Notes: generated by a model from the letters alone, not told the origin. DNA of 63,841 nt, filler included, from Choristocarpus tenellus KU-1152 (GCA_964200185.2; 7 parts of 7 records of this genome joined end to end with filler, not necessarily neighbours in it), one strand, 5' to 3'; shown: positions 38,713-53,036, counted from the first letter of the whole stretch. Made by a program: numbers and translations.

Positions 38713-40522
38713 GAACTGCTGCTGAGACATTGGTGTTTCTTCCATTCTGTGGAGGAGACCTGAGGCAGGACCCTGCAGGCATCGCATGTTTGGAAGAGTG
38801 CACCATCGTGACTTGGAATGCATTGTTTCCCGCCTCTGTATCAAGCAATAGAGATGAAAAACTAAATTATCAATGTGAAAGCTCACAAGAAGAGTCGGTA
38901 AACAAAGGAGCTCAGGAGACTTGGCTGGAACAATTAACATTGCACTGAGATAAGTAATGTGCGCAAGGTGATGAGGTGCCCTTTAAGCCTTTACATCAGG
39001 TCTGCAGTCGGCCTACAGCCCAGCCCCTTTACATCTCTGATTACCCTGCTGGTCCTGGCTCCGACAGTTGACACATACTCTACGTGAGGAGTGCGAAAAA
39101 TAAAATAAAAAAAGTCGCCTAATTTGGATGTTTGTAAATCTCGGTTTTATCCTCTGTTTCCCTGATCTTTTTTTGGTTTCTCCCCCACAATTATTTATTG
39201 TCAGCATTGCTGGCAAATGGTTGCCTCTTTCCGATTCTACTTGTCAAAATTGCGTAACATGTAGGGTTTTTTCTCAATGCCGAAAAAGGGAACAAAATTC
39301 AAACTAATCGTGATGTCAGAATTAGAGGCGAACTATCTCGTATTATTCTTATATTTCCTTCCTCTCCATTATTATTGTTTTATGTTCTCCACGACTCTCG
39401 GAATAGAAAGCAAAAGGTTCGACTGTGAAAATGATATTTTTTTGTGGGAAAAAATCTTTCTTGCATCCTTTCTTTTCCTGAACTTGGTCGTGGGACACAA
39501 CACCGCCCACCATGCTCCATGGTCAAGTATTCAAAAACATGTGGGTTGTGTTTTTCTAAACATACAGGAAAAACCAAAGTAGAAATGGGTACCTGAGCCG
39601 TAAACCAATGGAGAGGAAGGCAGGTTTGGAATCTTTTGCATTCTAAGCCATCTTCCTTACCCTATGCAAAACACTCTATGTGTACATTAGTGTACGCAAA
39701 ATTGATATTCCTACTTCTTTCCACATACAAAATATGTCACAATGATTCATTCAGGAAAGGTTCTTACTACAATTGTACAGAATAGTACATTTTTCCCTTT
39801 GATCCTAAAAATGCAACCCTGCCTATTTCTCAGTTGGTTTGACTCACCGTACAATAGAAGAAATGGGTTCTTATCTCTCCGCAGGGTCACAAAACCAGAT
39901 ATTGCAAAAAAACACAGATATTCATGTATGTAGATGTGTGGGGTGAGAGGGTGAAGATAGAGGAAGTTGAAGGTGTTCAACTATCCCACACTGGATCCGT
40001 GGATTTTATGGTGCTTTAAAGAAGGACAAACACTACTTGATGTAGATGAACAGAGCCCATATTACAAGGGTCTTTATGGTCTCGATTCCGCTGACTGAGC
40101 ATGTAGATGAGACTACCCTAAACCACCATATTATTATTCTACAGTGTGGGGTTTGTAATCGTACACACTAATTACTATGAATCACTTATTTACTTGTCTT
40201 AACTATAGGAAGTGTGTCTTGAACATGATATAAAAACCAATCAACACTATGAGTCAGTACATAAAATATATCTGTCACTAGCTCTTCATCCTATTATCTA
40301 ATCCACCAGTGGTGTCTATAGTGTATCAGCAGCAATATTTACACTCTCCCATCCTGCGCAGACACTATACACCCTTAGAATCTACTTCCCTGAAAACTAC
40401 AGAAACAAAACTTTTGCCAACTCTCTCAAAAACAATGCTATAAATATACCCAATCAATGGTGACATTGGTTCTGTGCAAGTACAAAAACTCAGTTATCAA
40501 TTCTAAACCGTCATCCTACTGC

Positions 40523-40888
40523 AGCCTCCAGTGAAAACATCACGGGTTATTTTCTCCTGCAAGTCCTCTGTGATGTCCCATTGCGTCTCCCATAATCCAT
40601 GAAATGGCAAGGTCCTTAGTGATACATCCAGCGTCTCCTACTATCCACGAAACCTGCCTAGTACATCACTACTGCAGATCACTGGAACACATATCCTACC
40701 TCACATCTACCTCCCTATGGTAGCCTCCAGTTGAAACATTAAGGTGTATTTTCTCCTGCAAGTCCTTAGCTATGTCCCATTGCGTCTCCCATAATCCATG
40801 AAATGGCAAGGTCCTTAGCAATACATCCAGCATCTCCTACAATCAACAAAACTTCCCTAGTACATCACCACTACAAATCTTCGGAACA
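40523..40888. repeat. ~200-bp tandem duplication inside the LTR element
   Basis: agcctccagt..tattttctcctgcaagtcc..tgtcccattgcgtctcccataatccatgaaatggcaaggtccttag at ~40523 and ~40722. Confidence 0.85.
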
Positions 40889-41373
40889 AAGTAATATGGT
40901 GGAACTGTCACTTCCCACCTATCCTATCACAATCTCTACAAACACATCCTAGGGTGTCTTCTACTGTGGGTTCTTGGCCATACCAAAATGCGCCTCCCAC
41001 GATCCTGGAAATATTCCTAGTGTCGCGCCTAAAGTGAATGTTTGGAAAAGAGTAGTACTAATCAAGTGACTTATCACTGAAATACCATACACACAAACAC
41101 GAGAAAACCCTCTCCCTGACGTTCATAGCCCTTCTATCTAAAGTCAGTCTGCATATAACACCACAGCTATCACATGACTACAGTGGTTATGCACCAAAAT
41201 ACACAAGAGATGGGGGACAGACTCAAATTAAAACATTTGGAAAGACAAACACAAAAGAAGACAAGTCATAGAGAATAACGATCATATTCACCAAAATAAG
41301 AGCCGACGAATCCTTCTAACCTTTCCATGCTATCAGCAAGATCCTCTTGATTCGAGGACGGAGGTGAAGCTGC

Positions 41374-42087
41374 CTACATCATATTAGCATACTTGTCCGC
41401 TTTTCTTGGGGGCTTCCTGGTCTTTTCCCTTGCCCAAAGGGTCAGGGGACATTTATCATAGTCATGTCCGATCCCCCAGCACCTTGAGGATCTTCCATCT
41501 CTATCTTCATCTTCCCCCATTCTTGCAGAGGCACCTGCTTGTCGTCCCCTGTCCAGGTTGGGGCAGTCACCTCTCACGTGGCCATCTCTCCCACGCAAGT
41601 AACAGACTATGCACACCTTCCCGCGACCCTTTCTGCCTGAAAATTCCTTTCCCGCACTAGCAATCAAAGCATGGCTACTACCAGTGGTCTTGCCCATGTT
41701 AATCGCCTGCAGGTCCTTGAATCTCGCCACCATCTTCTCCACATCCTGCACCGTATTGGTCTCCCCAAAGTCTATGAAGCTCTTGACTTTGGAGTAATTT
41801 CCCCCCAGCTTGTTGAGGATAGTAGCTACCTTCATCCCTTCTGTGATGACCTCGCCCATTGACTCCAGTCTCATAGTTAGTTGCGACAGTTCTGTAAGAC
41901 CTGGAGATGGGTCCTTCCTGTCATCAAAAGTCAGATGACCAAGCTCCTGGTGTACATGCCTGGCCTCCTGACAGATTTTTTGCATAAACACTGCATCAAG
42001 AAGGGCGCGCTCCCTGCGTTTGGAGACCCAGGTGAGATAAATATATGCAGGGCTCGGTCGTGTAGCATTAACAGCATCGGTTGCCAC
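41374..42087 (-). CDS. Copia-type Gag remnant (UBN2-like region + degenerate zinc knuckles)
   Basis: RLESMGEVITEGMKVATILNKLGGNY; CYLRGRDGHVRGDCP; RCWGIGHDYDKCP. Confidence 0.75.
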   Translation of the reverse strand: MATDAVNATRPSPAYIYLTWVSKRRERALLDAVFMQKICQEARHVHQELGHLTFDDRKDPSPGLTELSQLTMRLESMGEVITEGMKVATILNKLGGNYSKVKSFIDFGETNTVQDVEKMVARFKDLQAINMGKTTGSSHALIASAGKEFSGRKGRGKVCIVCYLRGRDGHVRGDCPNLDRGRQAGASARMGEDEDRDGRSSRCWGIGHDYDKCPLTLWAREKTRKPPRKADKYANMM

Positions 42088-45000
42088 GCCTTCCTCGCCC
42101 GCTTAGTTGCCAGTTGGAGCTCCGTGTTGCTCCCCATATCAGGAACAGGTACTGCTGGAGGTCGCTCCATATCTTCATCTTCATCACTCTGCGAATTTAG
42201 CGATTCGGTGTCCACTGCCCAGATGGGCCCCCCACAAATAATGTCAGGTCCAAGAAGAGCTGTCACACTGTCATGAACACCGAGCGTGACCTGAGCCCTC
42301 ACAGCAAAGGATTAGAAGTCTTCGCCCAGCTTTCCGGCAAACGTGGGGAGTGATGCAATCTTGGCAGGTCATCTCCAGGTCTTACAGAACTGTCGCGACT
42401 AACTACGAGACTGGAGTCAATGGGCGAGGTTATTCTAAGGGTGTATAGTGTCTGCACAGCGAGGGAGAGTGTTCGTAAATAGTGCTGCTGATACAGTTGG
42501 CACACTGTCTCCTAATGTTACCGTGACTGCTGAAGCACTCACGCACTATCCTTTGAACTTGGGTGCAGCCTTCCTTGACTCCACATCCAAATCGACCCTT
42601 CACAGACTATGTCAGGGTCAAGTAGCGCAAAGTCGCAGCTACAAACATTTCTGATGACCAAGAACCGCAAAACCGAAGAAATCCACTCCCTACTTCCCAG
42701 CAAACGTGGGGAGGTTGGCGACCCTGATGGGGTTGCCGGCAGATGTCTTGTACACAATAACAATGCTCACTATCAGTCTTGTCGCTTCGCACAACGTCCC
42801 AGGAATATTCTGTCCGCTACGTAGCTTGATGTAGATGAACAAAGTCAATATTACAAGGGTCTTTATGGTCTCGATTCCGCTGACTGAGCATGTAGATGAG
42901 ACTACCCTAAGCCACCATATTATTATTCTACAGTGTGGGTTTGTAATCATCCACACTAATTTACTATGAATCACTTATTTACTTGTCTTAACTATAGGAA
43001 GTGTATCTTGAACATGATATAAAAACCAATCAACACTATGAGTCAGTACATAAAATATATCTGTCACTGGCTCTCCATCCTATTATCTAATCTACCAGTG
43101 GTGTGTCTATAGTGTATCAGCAGCACTATTTACGAACAGAAGGTAGATAACAAAATTGGGTGTTACATTGTCGAAGTTTGCAAGGTGTGGTATTTTTTAT
43201 TTGTCACGAGCCAAATTGTACGTTGCTTACACAATCTCCAAATTTCCGTAAGATGAACAAATAGTAGTCAGACTTATTATGCAGGGCAATTTGGTTTTGC
43301 TCGCCCGTAGTGGTGTATGCTGAGCAGGAGGATAGCATCCTTTTTGGGGATAATGAAACCATGGACTCTTGACTGGGAACCTCACTCGGTACCACGGTAT
43401 AACGGTATATGGCATACGACAATAACGGTATAATAACAGACTAACATGCTTTCCACAGATACTTGGTTTTATTTGCACTAAGTGCCCTGAATGACTGGTG
43501 AAGTTCGTCCATAGTGATGAACTGCTTGCCACACTTTATGTACTCACTGCTCCGAGTGCAATAACGCCCTCTCCTAAGGTGCAAGGGAGTATGACCGGTG
43601 GTAGGCGATCATCATGACGAAAACTGGTCTTTATGCCTCCTCACCTACTGTCACTTGAAATCGACGAAGTGTTGGTGTCATTCAAGGTCTACGTGGGCAC
43701 ATACATGGGCGTAATGACTTCCCTTCACTGAACCTTACGAAGCCTGAAAGACACTGGTGATGAGAGTTGCGGGATCCACACTCTAACCACCATAATAACC
43801 AGAGGGACTGAGGAGATAGATGTGTCTGGGGAAAAAGAGGAGAAGCTCCACCACAGTGATTCAGCAGCATCAGCAGGGAGGGGTGGGTTGTGCAAGGGAG
43901 GTCTGTGCCAGCCTGTGTGCAAAAGGACCTAGGCTGAATGTATGTAAATTGTTTAAAGGAGTAGTGAGTCAAAGTCAACGAGAGGTAACCAGAGTTGAAT
44001 TTTAAGAATGCTGACAAATATGTGCAAATTTAGTCCATTTTTACAAACGCGTACAGGAAATCTTCTGAATGGTATCGAAGAGTTCCAAACAACACAGAAA
44101 TCAACATTCTCAGGTAAAACTTTGCACTTCATACATAGAAATATGAGTCAAGAGCCAAGAGATTACAAAACTGGCTTTAAATGCAAAACGACCGAAACCT
44201 GGGTACCTCTCGTTTACTTTGGCTCACTCCAGAGTAACTGTCTTTGCTATTGCCCAGCGCTTCACCCCGGGCAGGTGAGGTTTTCACGATAGTATTTGAC
44301 ACTTGATTTGCATGCTTTGAACTCGGCAACCATTTCTTGCTATTGGTTTGGAACTGTTTGCCCCTCTGTTCGCATTCATTGTTTCCAACTCAATGCGACC
44401 TCTTTTATTGAGCCAGAAATGGGGCTTGTAGTCAATCTTCCTGACAAAAACCCCTTTTGTGACCTACTTCATGCCAGTCGAAATTGACAACTCGAGTATG
44501 TCATTTATACCGTCTTCTGACACGTGGGAAACACTGGTGGTAGGAGCTGCAGGACCCACGCTCTAAACAATGCTACCAGAGGGATCAATGTGGTTATAGT
44601 AGCATGGGTTTCATTCCACTTTTGTAGCTCTACTCGTATCTCTTCTCAGACGAACATATTGGGAAAATATTCTTTCGTTCGCTCCTGAGTATTCCTTGCA
44701 GCATCATCTTGTGTGATTAATCCAAACACCGATGTTACACAATATCTTCTTTACGCTTTTGTCACCAGATGTATACCCATCTGGAGAGTTATACGTGCCC
44801 AGACAAATGTTCTGCGATGGTGCTGTTGAGCGATATAATCCTGTTGAGTACTTACGCAACTTACTTGCAACAACCATAATGAGTTATTGCCGACCTTGGT
44901 ATGGCTGGGATGGGGGTATTGTAGGGTTCAATTTCATTTCTCTGGGAAAGAAAATGGTTGCTTCGCCAAAAAGATAACATGCCAGAGAGTGTAGAGAAAG

Positions 45001-45426
45001 AGATGAACGAGTTTTTAGGCTTTCAAGCACCATAAAGAATAATGGTTCCGTATTTCAGCAGCAATATGTTGGTGTATTTCTAGTAATACCCAATAATGGT
45101 GCTAGAAATGCAGGACAATTATAACCTAGCAGCACCTTCTCCAGCATCTTTTTATATATCAACAGCAAAGAACTCCAGAAGATTGGAGGCATTCTGCTGT
45201 TCATTATTGAGTTCTTCTACTATTTTCTTAGAGACATTTCTCACAATTTGCAATGTTGTGCATGGGTAACAGGGAGGGGGGGTCATGTCAGTGGGGAAAG
45301 AGGAGGGAAAACTCTGCCAGGTAGTAATCACCCATCGTGTTCCAGCAGCCCCAGGAAAGGAGCAGCTAGAGTGTGTACCTATCTTTAGAAAACTGTGAAG
45401 GTTTTGCTGGGGGGGAGAGAGGTGAA

Positions 45427-45684
45427 AAGCCAAAGTATCTTAGAGGGTAGGGACGCGTCTATCTAGGAGTCAAAATCCAATGTTGCGATTTTGATGTCAT
45501 TTTGGCTACCATATTTGTTAGGAAGTGTCAGTATCCTTGTTCAGGAAACATCTTTTCATAACGTATACATTTGACCTACTCCGAAACATTTTGGAGCGGA
45601 GAAATGTCATAAAACACCCACGGGAAGCCAAGCCCCAAATGGACACACAGGGAAAAATTCGTACCCTCTAAGATACTTCCACTC
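45427..45684 (+). mobile_element. MITE family B, full copy (TSD not matched)
   Basis: agccaaagtatcttagagggtag..gtaccctctaagatacttccactc. Internal sequence matches the other B copies. Confidence 0.88.
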
Positions 45685-46394
45685 TCAAGGAGAACATCCA
45701 CCACTAAGGAACTACAATACTCTTGAGCAGCACCAGGAGGAATGCACGCTGGAGGGATGATATATGACCTATGCCTATGAGAAATGAGGAGGTCAAGCTA
45801 CAGCAGCAAAAACAATTCTCCAGCAGCAGCGCCAGGAGGAAAGATGCAGGGAGAGGCTGCCCCTGGGGTATAGGGATGTGCTGTGCCTGGGTAGAAAGGA
45901 TGTACTGTGCTGGGAGGGGTCTATACTTACGCTTGTCTGTACAGAAGTAAATGACCTGGCTAAACATACATATATGTGTGGCTGTGGGGTCAATGTATAA
46001 ATTTGAATTTCAAACTGACTAACACGGGAACATCTACTAATCAAATAAACACAGGTAATGGCCTTGCCAGATACTGCAGAATCAAACAGGTCACCTTCTG
46101 GGTCAATAATCCTCTCAATGATGTTTCAAAAAATGTTTGGACCGCAGTACAAGGGAAGGGGGGCATATCTGATCATAGTTTAAATCATCCGCTGGTTCAT
46201 GTATGGCAATATGGTAATTATTTTTTGTGTGCCTTTGTCGCTAATGGTAAAAGGTCGATAAAATAAAGTAGAGTGGTAGGTAGCCAATGTTATATTCCAA
46301 ACTGTAGATTATAATCTATGTAGTGATGCATTGAGCCAAACAAATGGAGAGGCAGGTAGAGTTGCATTTCAAGGATCCCGAGACTTGGCAGAAA

Positions 46395-47300
46395 CATGTC
46401 ATTTTGTACAATTGCAAATTTAGCCTTTCCTTAATTGTGGTGTAACTTTGTGAGCGGAAAGAGGGATCATCAATTTGGCATGCACTATCGTGAACATGAA
46501 GCAATGAAATGGAATGTATTGTAAAAGGTGAGAAAGATGGCCTATAATGGGTAAGGGTCCAAACCTGCCAGCCTCTCAATTGGTTTGGCTCATGTCTGCA
46601 GTCCACCCTGTGTGACTTTGAAGTAATAATATACATATCGTTGCTCTTTCTAGTATGGTTCGCTATGTTCACAGAAGCTGCACTGTAGATGGTAGCTTAG
46701 TTGTTACAGCAAGGTAAGGGATGCATTTGGCAGCCAACGCTCATGGAGGCACATCAAATAGTTGTTCTTCACCTAACAAAAGCAGGGAATTATGTCATAC
46801 TTCATGTCATATTTGCAGGTTATTATTCTGCCGTCACCACGTTGGAAGAAGGGAAAATGTAGATTTGCGGTTCATATAAAACGATGAAGTATACGGTAGT
46901 ATATAATATGATGAGAGGTGATGTATATTTGCTGATGTATTCACTTCGACATAATACGTGCTATGAATAGATCTGATAAGTGCTTGCTCATTGAGCCAGC
47001 TTGTCTTATTTCTCACGCACACAACTATTGAGTCGGACCAACTGAGAGATAGACAGGGTTGCACTTTAAGGATCCCGAGAAAGGGCAAAAAGACACCATT
47101 TTTACGATAGCAGAGAGGGCCTTTCTTTGTTGAATTGTGGTGTCACTTCGAATGCGGAAAGAGGGGGAATATTAACGTTGCATACACTACAGTGCACATA
47201 AAACAATGAACTTTGAGTTTATTGCACAGGGCAAGGAAGGTGGCTTAGAATGCAAAAGGGACCAAACCTGCCTATCTCTCGAATGGTTTGACTCTTCATG
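46395..47300. repeat. Diverged ~200-bp direct repeat pair (~46395-46595, ~47095-47300)
   Basis: Shared aattgtggtgt.actt..gcggaaagaggg, caatgaa and ccaaacctgcc..ctctc..tggtttg.ctc. Confidence 0.65.
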
Positions 47301-47509
47301 ATTAAACAGTTTACAAAAGCAAGATTTACAATGAATGGACATGAGTAATGCCTGTAGTATGACCCTTTGGATAGCCCTCTGTGGATTCTTAGAGTGTTGA
47401 TTCTAGGAGGAGTATCGCATACGTACAGGCTTGCTCTTACCTCCTCTGCCCCCCCCTTTGCACAATGAACGCTAAAAGACTTGAAGCAATGTCTGCTTTC
47501 TGGAGTATT

Positions 47510-47905
47510 TACAGGAAGGACATAAGAAGCAACAAGAAAACACAACATAAACATTATATTGTGTATCATTATGTTAGAAACTTAGTGAAGGAGGGGAAGG
47601 CACAGATTGTGTATGTAAACTCCGATGAACAACATAGATGTTTGTTCACGAAGGCTCTGAGTGGTAATGTATTTGAGTTTCACGCTAGAACTATCATGCA
47701 CGGTGAGTAAGGGGTAGTGTGCAGATTAAGTTCATTGGATTCATGATGTATGGACAGAGCAGGGGCGCGTGTCAAGAGTTTGCTTGTCCATGTGCGGAAT
47801 TAAGATTTGAAGTGTGCAGGTTGAGTTGATTTCAAGTTGGGTTTTGTTGTTGGACTGATTTGATTCTCACTGCATAGTCAGAGCAGGGGAGTGTGTCAAG
47901 ATTAT
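47510..47905 (+). mobile_element. Copia RNase H C-terminus with PPT/LTR start
   Basis: YHYVRNLVKEG..YVNSDEQ..LFTKAL, followed by gagcagggggagtgtgtcaag (~47881) and a similar motif at ~47757. Confidence 0.75.
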
Positions 47906-48520
47906 GCTTGACCATTTGTGAGAATACGATTTGAAGTATTATTTGATGTGCGTACAGATGAAAATGCGGGACATTCGGGATATTTAGGGTTAGGGTTTTG
48001 ACCAGAAGTAGTCAGGGGACTGTTAGAGTCGGAGTGTTTCTGACGTGTACTAGAGAACTGTTGAGTCATTTGGTGTTCTGAGTGATTCAATGCAAGGATT
48101 AGTGAGCCCCACCTAGTGAAGGTATCTCACTCTCTTCTCAACTGTGATACAAGCTAATAGACAATAATATAACTGGCTGTGTGGGCCAACAGATCATCAA
48201 GGACAGCTTAACACAGGAGATGTTCCCTTCAAACCTACTCTGTAAATCGGTGAAAGAGGAAAATAAGATGATAAAATGATGTGACTTTTCCATTACAATG
48301 ATGAAAACGTAAAAACTCGAGAAATATTGACAACTCACTCCAAAAACTAAAAGCCGAACAAACCCCCCCCAACTTCAATATATATTTTCCGGATTTTGCA
48401 AGCAGGAGAACAAAAAAAAAGTACCAGCAGCAGCATAGCACACCCAATGAAAACAAACTTTGTGCCTATACAATATAGCAACACAATGTATACCACTGAA
48501 CCTCTAGTGACAGCTGGTGC

Positions 48521-51500
48521 TCATACTGCCCTTAGCCCCGGTTTGGTATGGTTGCAACCCTTTGGGAGGGCATTTCCAACAGAATCCACCTCAACAGATG
48601 ACTTGAAACTTCCAACAAATTGTTGCGCCGGTGAGGGCATAACTGGTGAAGAGATTACTACCGAGGAGAGGACAGGCTGCGGCAATAATAAGGGGGATGG
48701 TGCTACATCTTTTCCACCTGCAGTTCCATTGCCTTCCCTTTCCACCATCCCACAAAAGGGTGCCACAGGCACAATCTGTTTTGGCCTGCCAACCCTCTGT
48801 TGGCAAAGTAGTTCCTCTCCAGCACTGCAAGCTTTGGCTGCTGATCCACCCACACTACATTTCAATTGACCTCTCAACCTCCCCGGTTCTGTGATCGGCG
48901 AAAACGATTGGCCGGCTAACTTGCCACCCAGCTGCCCCTCCCCCTGCACACAGGTTTGGTGTGGTGAGTGACACCTTGAAGAGGACGGGCTAATAGTGCA
49001 ATTAATGTACGTCTGTGCCGCACAACACGGTAGGACCAACTGCAGAGGGGCACACTCTTTCAACGTGCCTTGTGGAGCATCACAAGGTTCGTCAGACAAC
49101 ACATTAGCCCTTACCCTACCCCTGGCAACCCCCAGCTCAGTCCTCACCACTCCTACGAATTCAGACTGCTTCTCGGCAGGTAATACTGTTAGTCCCTTGC
49201 CCTCTCTTTCCCCCCGCCACTGCTCTTTGTCCACCTCGACAGTCATCACGCCTTCCATTGCAATTCTTGAAATGAGCTGTCTATCTAAAGAAGTTTTGTC
49301 ATGGAGCAAGTGCGATGTATCCCTCTCCGATGTACTATTAGTGCAGTTGGAAAAAGTGGAAAGACAACAGAAATCAATGCCTTCCACTGATGAATCCTTA
49401 GAGGTTCTGAGGGGTGAAGCCGCAACTGATAGGATCAGGGGGCAGCTGGAATCACCTACAGGAGCAGGTGAGCTGCTATCGCTTCTTGATACGTAAGTAG
49501 TAGCCCCGGAGGAGATTGATCCACGACCCACCAATAATCCGTTGACTGGGGAGCTCCTTCCACTACCTCCCACTGCATTTCCCACACCCTGTATCCCCAA
49601 CCTACTGTTGGCATCTCGATCACCTACAAAAACTCCTATCTCCGGGGGGTGAAGGGGTTCCTTCTCCCCTCTGCCCTTGCCTAACTCCTCAACATCATAA
49701 TGTTTGGGCTTGCCATCAGCATTGGTACTAACTCTAGCCTCAACTGTGACCTCCTTGCCAACAATACTACTGTTGGTGTGCCCACCCTTAGACAATGCTA
49801 GCAAGTCCACATGCAATGTGCTTGTTGACTGCCTGTCTGCTTCCTTCCTCCTGATGTATACTTCACCATCATCACCTTCAAGCCCCGGTTCAACCATGGG
49901 CACAGTCCTGATACGCACGGCTGGTGCTCCCACATCTCCATCTGAGCTCACTCCAGTTGAGAGCGGTGTAGTAGAAAGGGGTGCAGGGTAGCGTCCAAGA
50001 AGCTGATGGGCGCTGCTCGTCACAAGGTTCTGTCTAATGTGGACGGGTTTGTGCTTGCTTATTCTTCTCCTTACTGCGGTGGCGCCAATGGGACTGAAGT
50101 TTACAGAATCCAATCCCTCTGAGCTCACAGTTTTGTCAGAAAAAAGGTGTTGGGAGATGTCCAGCCGTGGCTTCCTCGGCAATTTACCACTGCTAGTGCT
50201 GCAAGCCCTTGCATTTGCTGTCCTAGGTCTGGCATAAGGATTGGTGCTTCCCCTCCCCGTACTTTGCTTCCCCACACTACTTGCATTGGATGAGGGGCTA
50301 GCTGGAGGCCTTGTAGGCGTACTTGTTCCAGCCCAAGACCCCATAGCAGCTCTAGTGAGGGAGCTGGCTGTTGATGACCACGGTGCAGGACCTTCACTGA
50401 TGCCTGGGCTACCACTGATTCCACTGACCCCACTCACACCACTCACATAGCTCGCATTGTCCGAGCTGTGGCCTTTGGATGAGCGCGACTGAGATTGTGT
50501 CAGGTGGCTGGGTCGATAGCTACGGTGCACTGCACGTCCCACTCCCACGTGGTCTTCTGAACTTGTCAGCTCACTATACCGACGCATGTCAGCAACAATC
50601 CTCTTCTGGATATTTGTCCAGGACTCTCCATTAGATCCTCCAGAGGACATCGCAGAGTCACAACCAGGAGGCAGCGCCACATCTTGGGTCTACGAGGTTG
50701 GACATGGGAAGGCAAGGAGAAGAGGCGGCCTAGTGAGCAAGGGGAATGGGGTGGGGTAGTGGACAAGACACGCACATGAGACCCATCCCTCCCACTCTGG
50801 TACATGCTCAAACACGTACCCGTACCCATTCACCTCTCCCTAGTCAAAGAGGCATGAACTAGGTGTCAAAGGCATTCCAGCCGATAAAAATATTGCTTCA
50901 ATACTGCCATATCACAGTAAATCCGAATTTTGTTATATATCCTCAGAAATCACCGATCTTAGTTTTCCCATGACCCTGATTGGAGGGACGCACGAGAATA
51001 GGTAGCACATCTTTACCCCCCCTTCACCCCCCCCCCCCCACGCCTCCACCGCCTCTCCCTTCGCCACCACNNNNNNNNNNACGAGAATAGGTAGCACATC
51101 TTTCCCCCCCCCCCCCCGCCCTACTTGTTAGCCTGAACTATATTATGTGACAACGCTCAAACTTGCTCACCTCTAAGAAAGGATCCTGCAGAAGCTCCTC
51201 TGCATTTGGGCGGTCCTCTGGCTTCCATGCAAAGCAACGCATCAAGAAACTCTGTAAGACCACTGGAAGTTCCTTTGGAACAGCCGGAGGCTTTTGACAT
51301 GTAAGCATGTGGTGGTGTAGTTGCACCGGGGAGCGGAACTTGAGATCAGCCCATGGTGGTCGAAGTGTTGCCATCTGGAGAACAGCACCTCCAACTGCCC
51401 ATGTATCTGCCTTTGCTGTGAATTGCCGCATCACTAGCACTTCGGGGGGCATGTACAAAGGGGTACCACGTCGCCCTGAACCTGCCCCGCACGATTCATA

Positions 51501-52572
51501 AGCTACATTTTTCTCTGAGACCCATAATGCAGTGCCGAAATCGGCAACCTTGACCACACCTCCTTTGTCAAGCTGTTTCATGAATAATGGGAATGAGAGA
51601 GATGAACGTGTTCTGTTGAGCAACATTTTAGGGGAAGAGTATTTCACTACTGCATTGGTTACATAACACAGTCTTCACAAAAATAATGCCCGTCACAGTC
51701 ACTGCTGCAGTCGATGACCTTGAATGCTCTTCTCTCCCCTTACTGACATTCCCACCCCTCTCACCAGCAGGTTTTCACACTTGATATCCATATGCACGAC
51801 GTTGTTCTGGTGAAGATAGACCAGTCCCTGGAGGACGTGCCTCGTGTACCGCCGCGTCATGGCGGGGCTAAAAGCACCGTAAGTTCGCAGTCGCGAACTC
51901 AGGGAATTCCCAGGGATCCACTCCTGAAAAATAAGTAGAGTGCCGTCTTCTGCTCGAACCTCGTATCCCAAGTATCGCACGATGTTTGGATGGATGAGGC
52001 CTCGCATTACTTCTATCTCTCGGGTGAGATGTACCAAGTCAGACTCCCCCATGGATGCACTCAATCCAATCTCCTTTACCGCAAATTCCTCTCCCGTGTT
52101 GCAATTCATGGCCTTGAACACCTGCGCCAGTGAGACAAAGGTAATTTCGGGATGAGTAAAGAGACGAACCCCATGATCACGGTCAAGACTATCAGCAAAT
52201 GCCAAGCCTTTCATAGAGAAGAGACCAACAGACCTCGCCGAAGGAACCTTTCCCGATGTATTCTCCAGCTACCCACTCCCCAGGAAGCATGGTTGGTGAC
52301 ATTAGGGGTGAGGCGGAATTGGTGGGACTGGGGGGCTGTAGGAACTGTTGCTGGTGGTCATGGACATTGCCTGCTCCTTGTCGAATTCGTAAATTCCCTC
52401 CATTATGGAGGGATCGGGGCAAATCCCCTTCTTCGTCATCTTCGCCCCCGTCACTCCTGCTGACCCCATCTATGCGACTGTTCCAGTGTATATCTGACGT
52501 CGAGCCAAATGGTGCTCCACAGGTCATACCATCTTCTTTTGGTTCGGTGCACGATCCATACAGCACTGCCAT
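48521..52572 (-). CDS. STE11/MEKK-like Ser/Thr protein kinase with long low-complexity C-terminal tail; exons 52572-52234, 52121-51765, 51572-51171, 50689-48521
   Basis: GEYIGKGSFGEV, FAVKEI, HPNIVRYLG, IFQEWIPG, HMDIKCENLL, DFG, GTPLYMPPEV, ADTWAVG, RPNAEELLQDPFL. Phase-0 GT-AG junctions. Confidence 0.9.
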
Positions 52573-53036
52573 TGATTAAATTACCAAGTTGGACGGGGTA
52601 CAGATTTTTTCCTGTGGGAAAGAACACCCCGGGCAGTGTGACCAAGGAGATCTAGGTAGTTGAGAGAATGAAACAGGGAGGATGTGATGGTCTTCAAGAC
52701 AAGAAGGTTGAAGATTAGAAGTAGGGTGTAAACGTTTTCGAGTGAAGAGTTCACATACATGGCCACGTCGACTTCTGCGAATCATCGGGGGTATCATGGA
52801 CAGATGGCAGGTTTCATTCTCCATGAGTGACAAATAGCACAAGGACTTGTTAGTGGTCTTGGTAGGGTCACCTTCGACATGACCAATGTCGTGAGTTACA
52901 CATTATACTAACAATAAAATAGTACAACTTTTGATTTATAATAAATATTATGTCGATTTTCAACAAACGCCATTTGTAGTACTAAACATGTTTTGATGCC
53001 TTCACCTACATCACTAGTTATAGTTACTAGAAGGCA

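Larger units (their letters stand above)
40036..43138 (-). mobile_element. Non-autonomous-looking LTR retroelement: ~300-bp direct repeats (40036-40343, 42824-43138) around a Copia-type gag
   Basis: Highly similar direct repeats starting TG on the minus strand. Polypurine tract gatgggagag precedes the 3' LTR. No pol motifs recognised. Confidence 0.8.

Noticed and set aside
38350-38940. 196-aa minus-strand ORF
   Set aside because: Antisense to the last ychF exon, with no recognisable motif.
43140-45400. Possible further transposase or Fanzor/TnpB relic
   Set aside because: No RuvC, zinc-finger or DDE motifs could be read in the frames examined.
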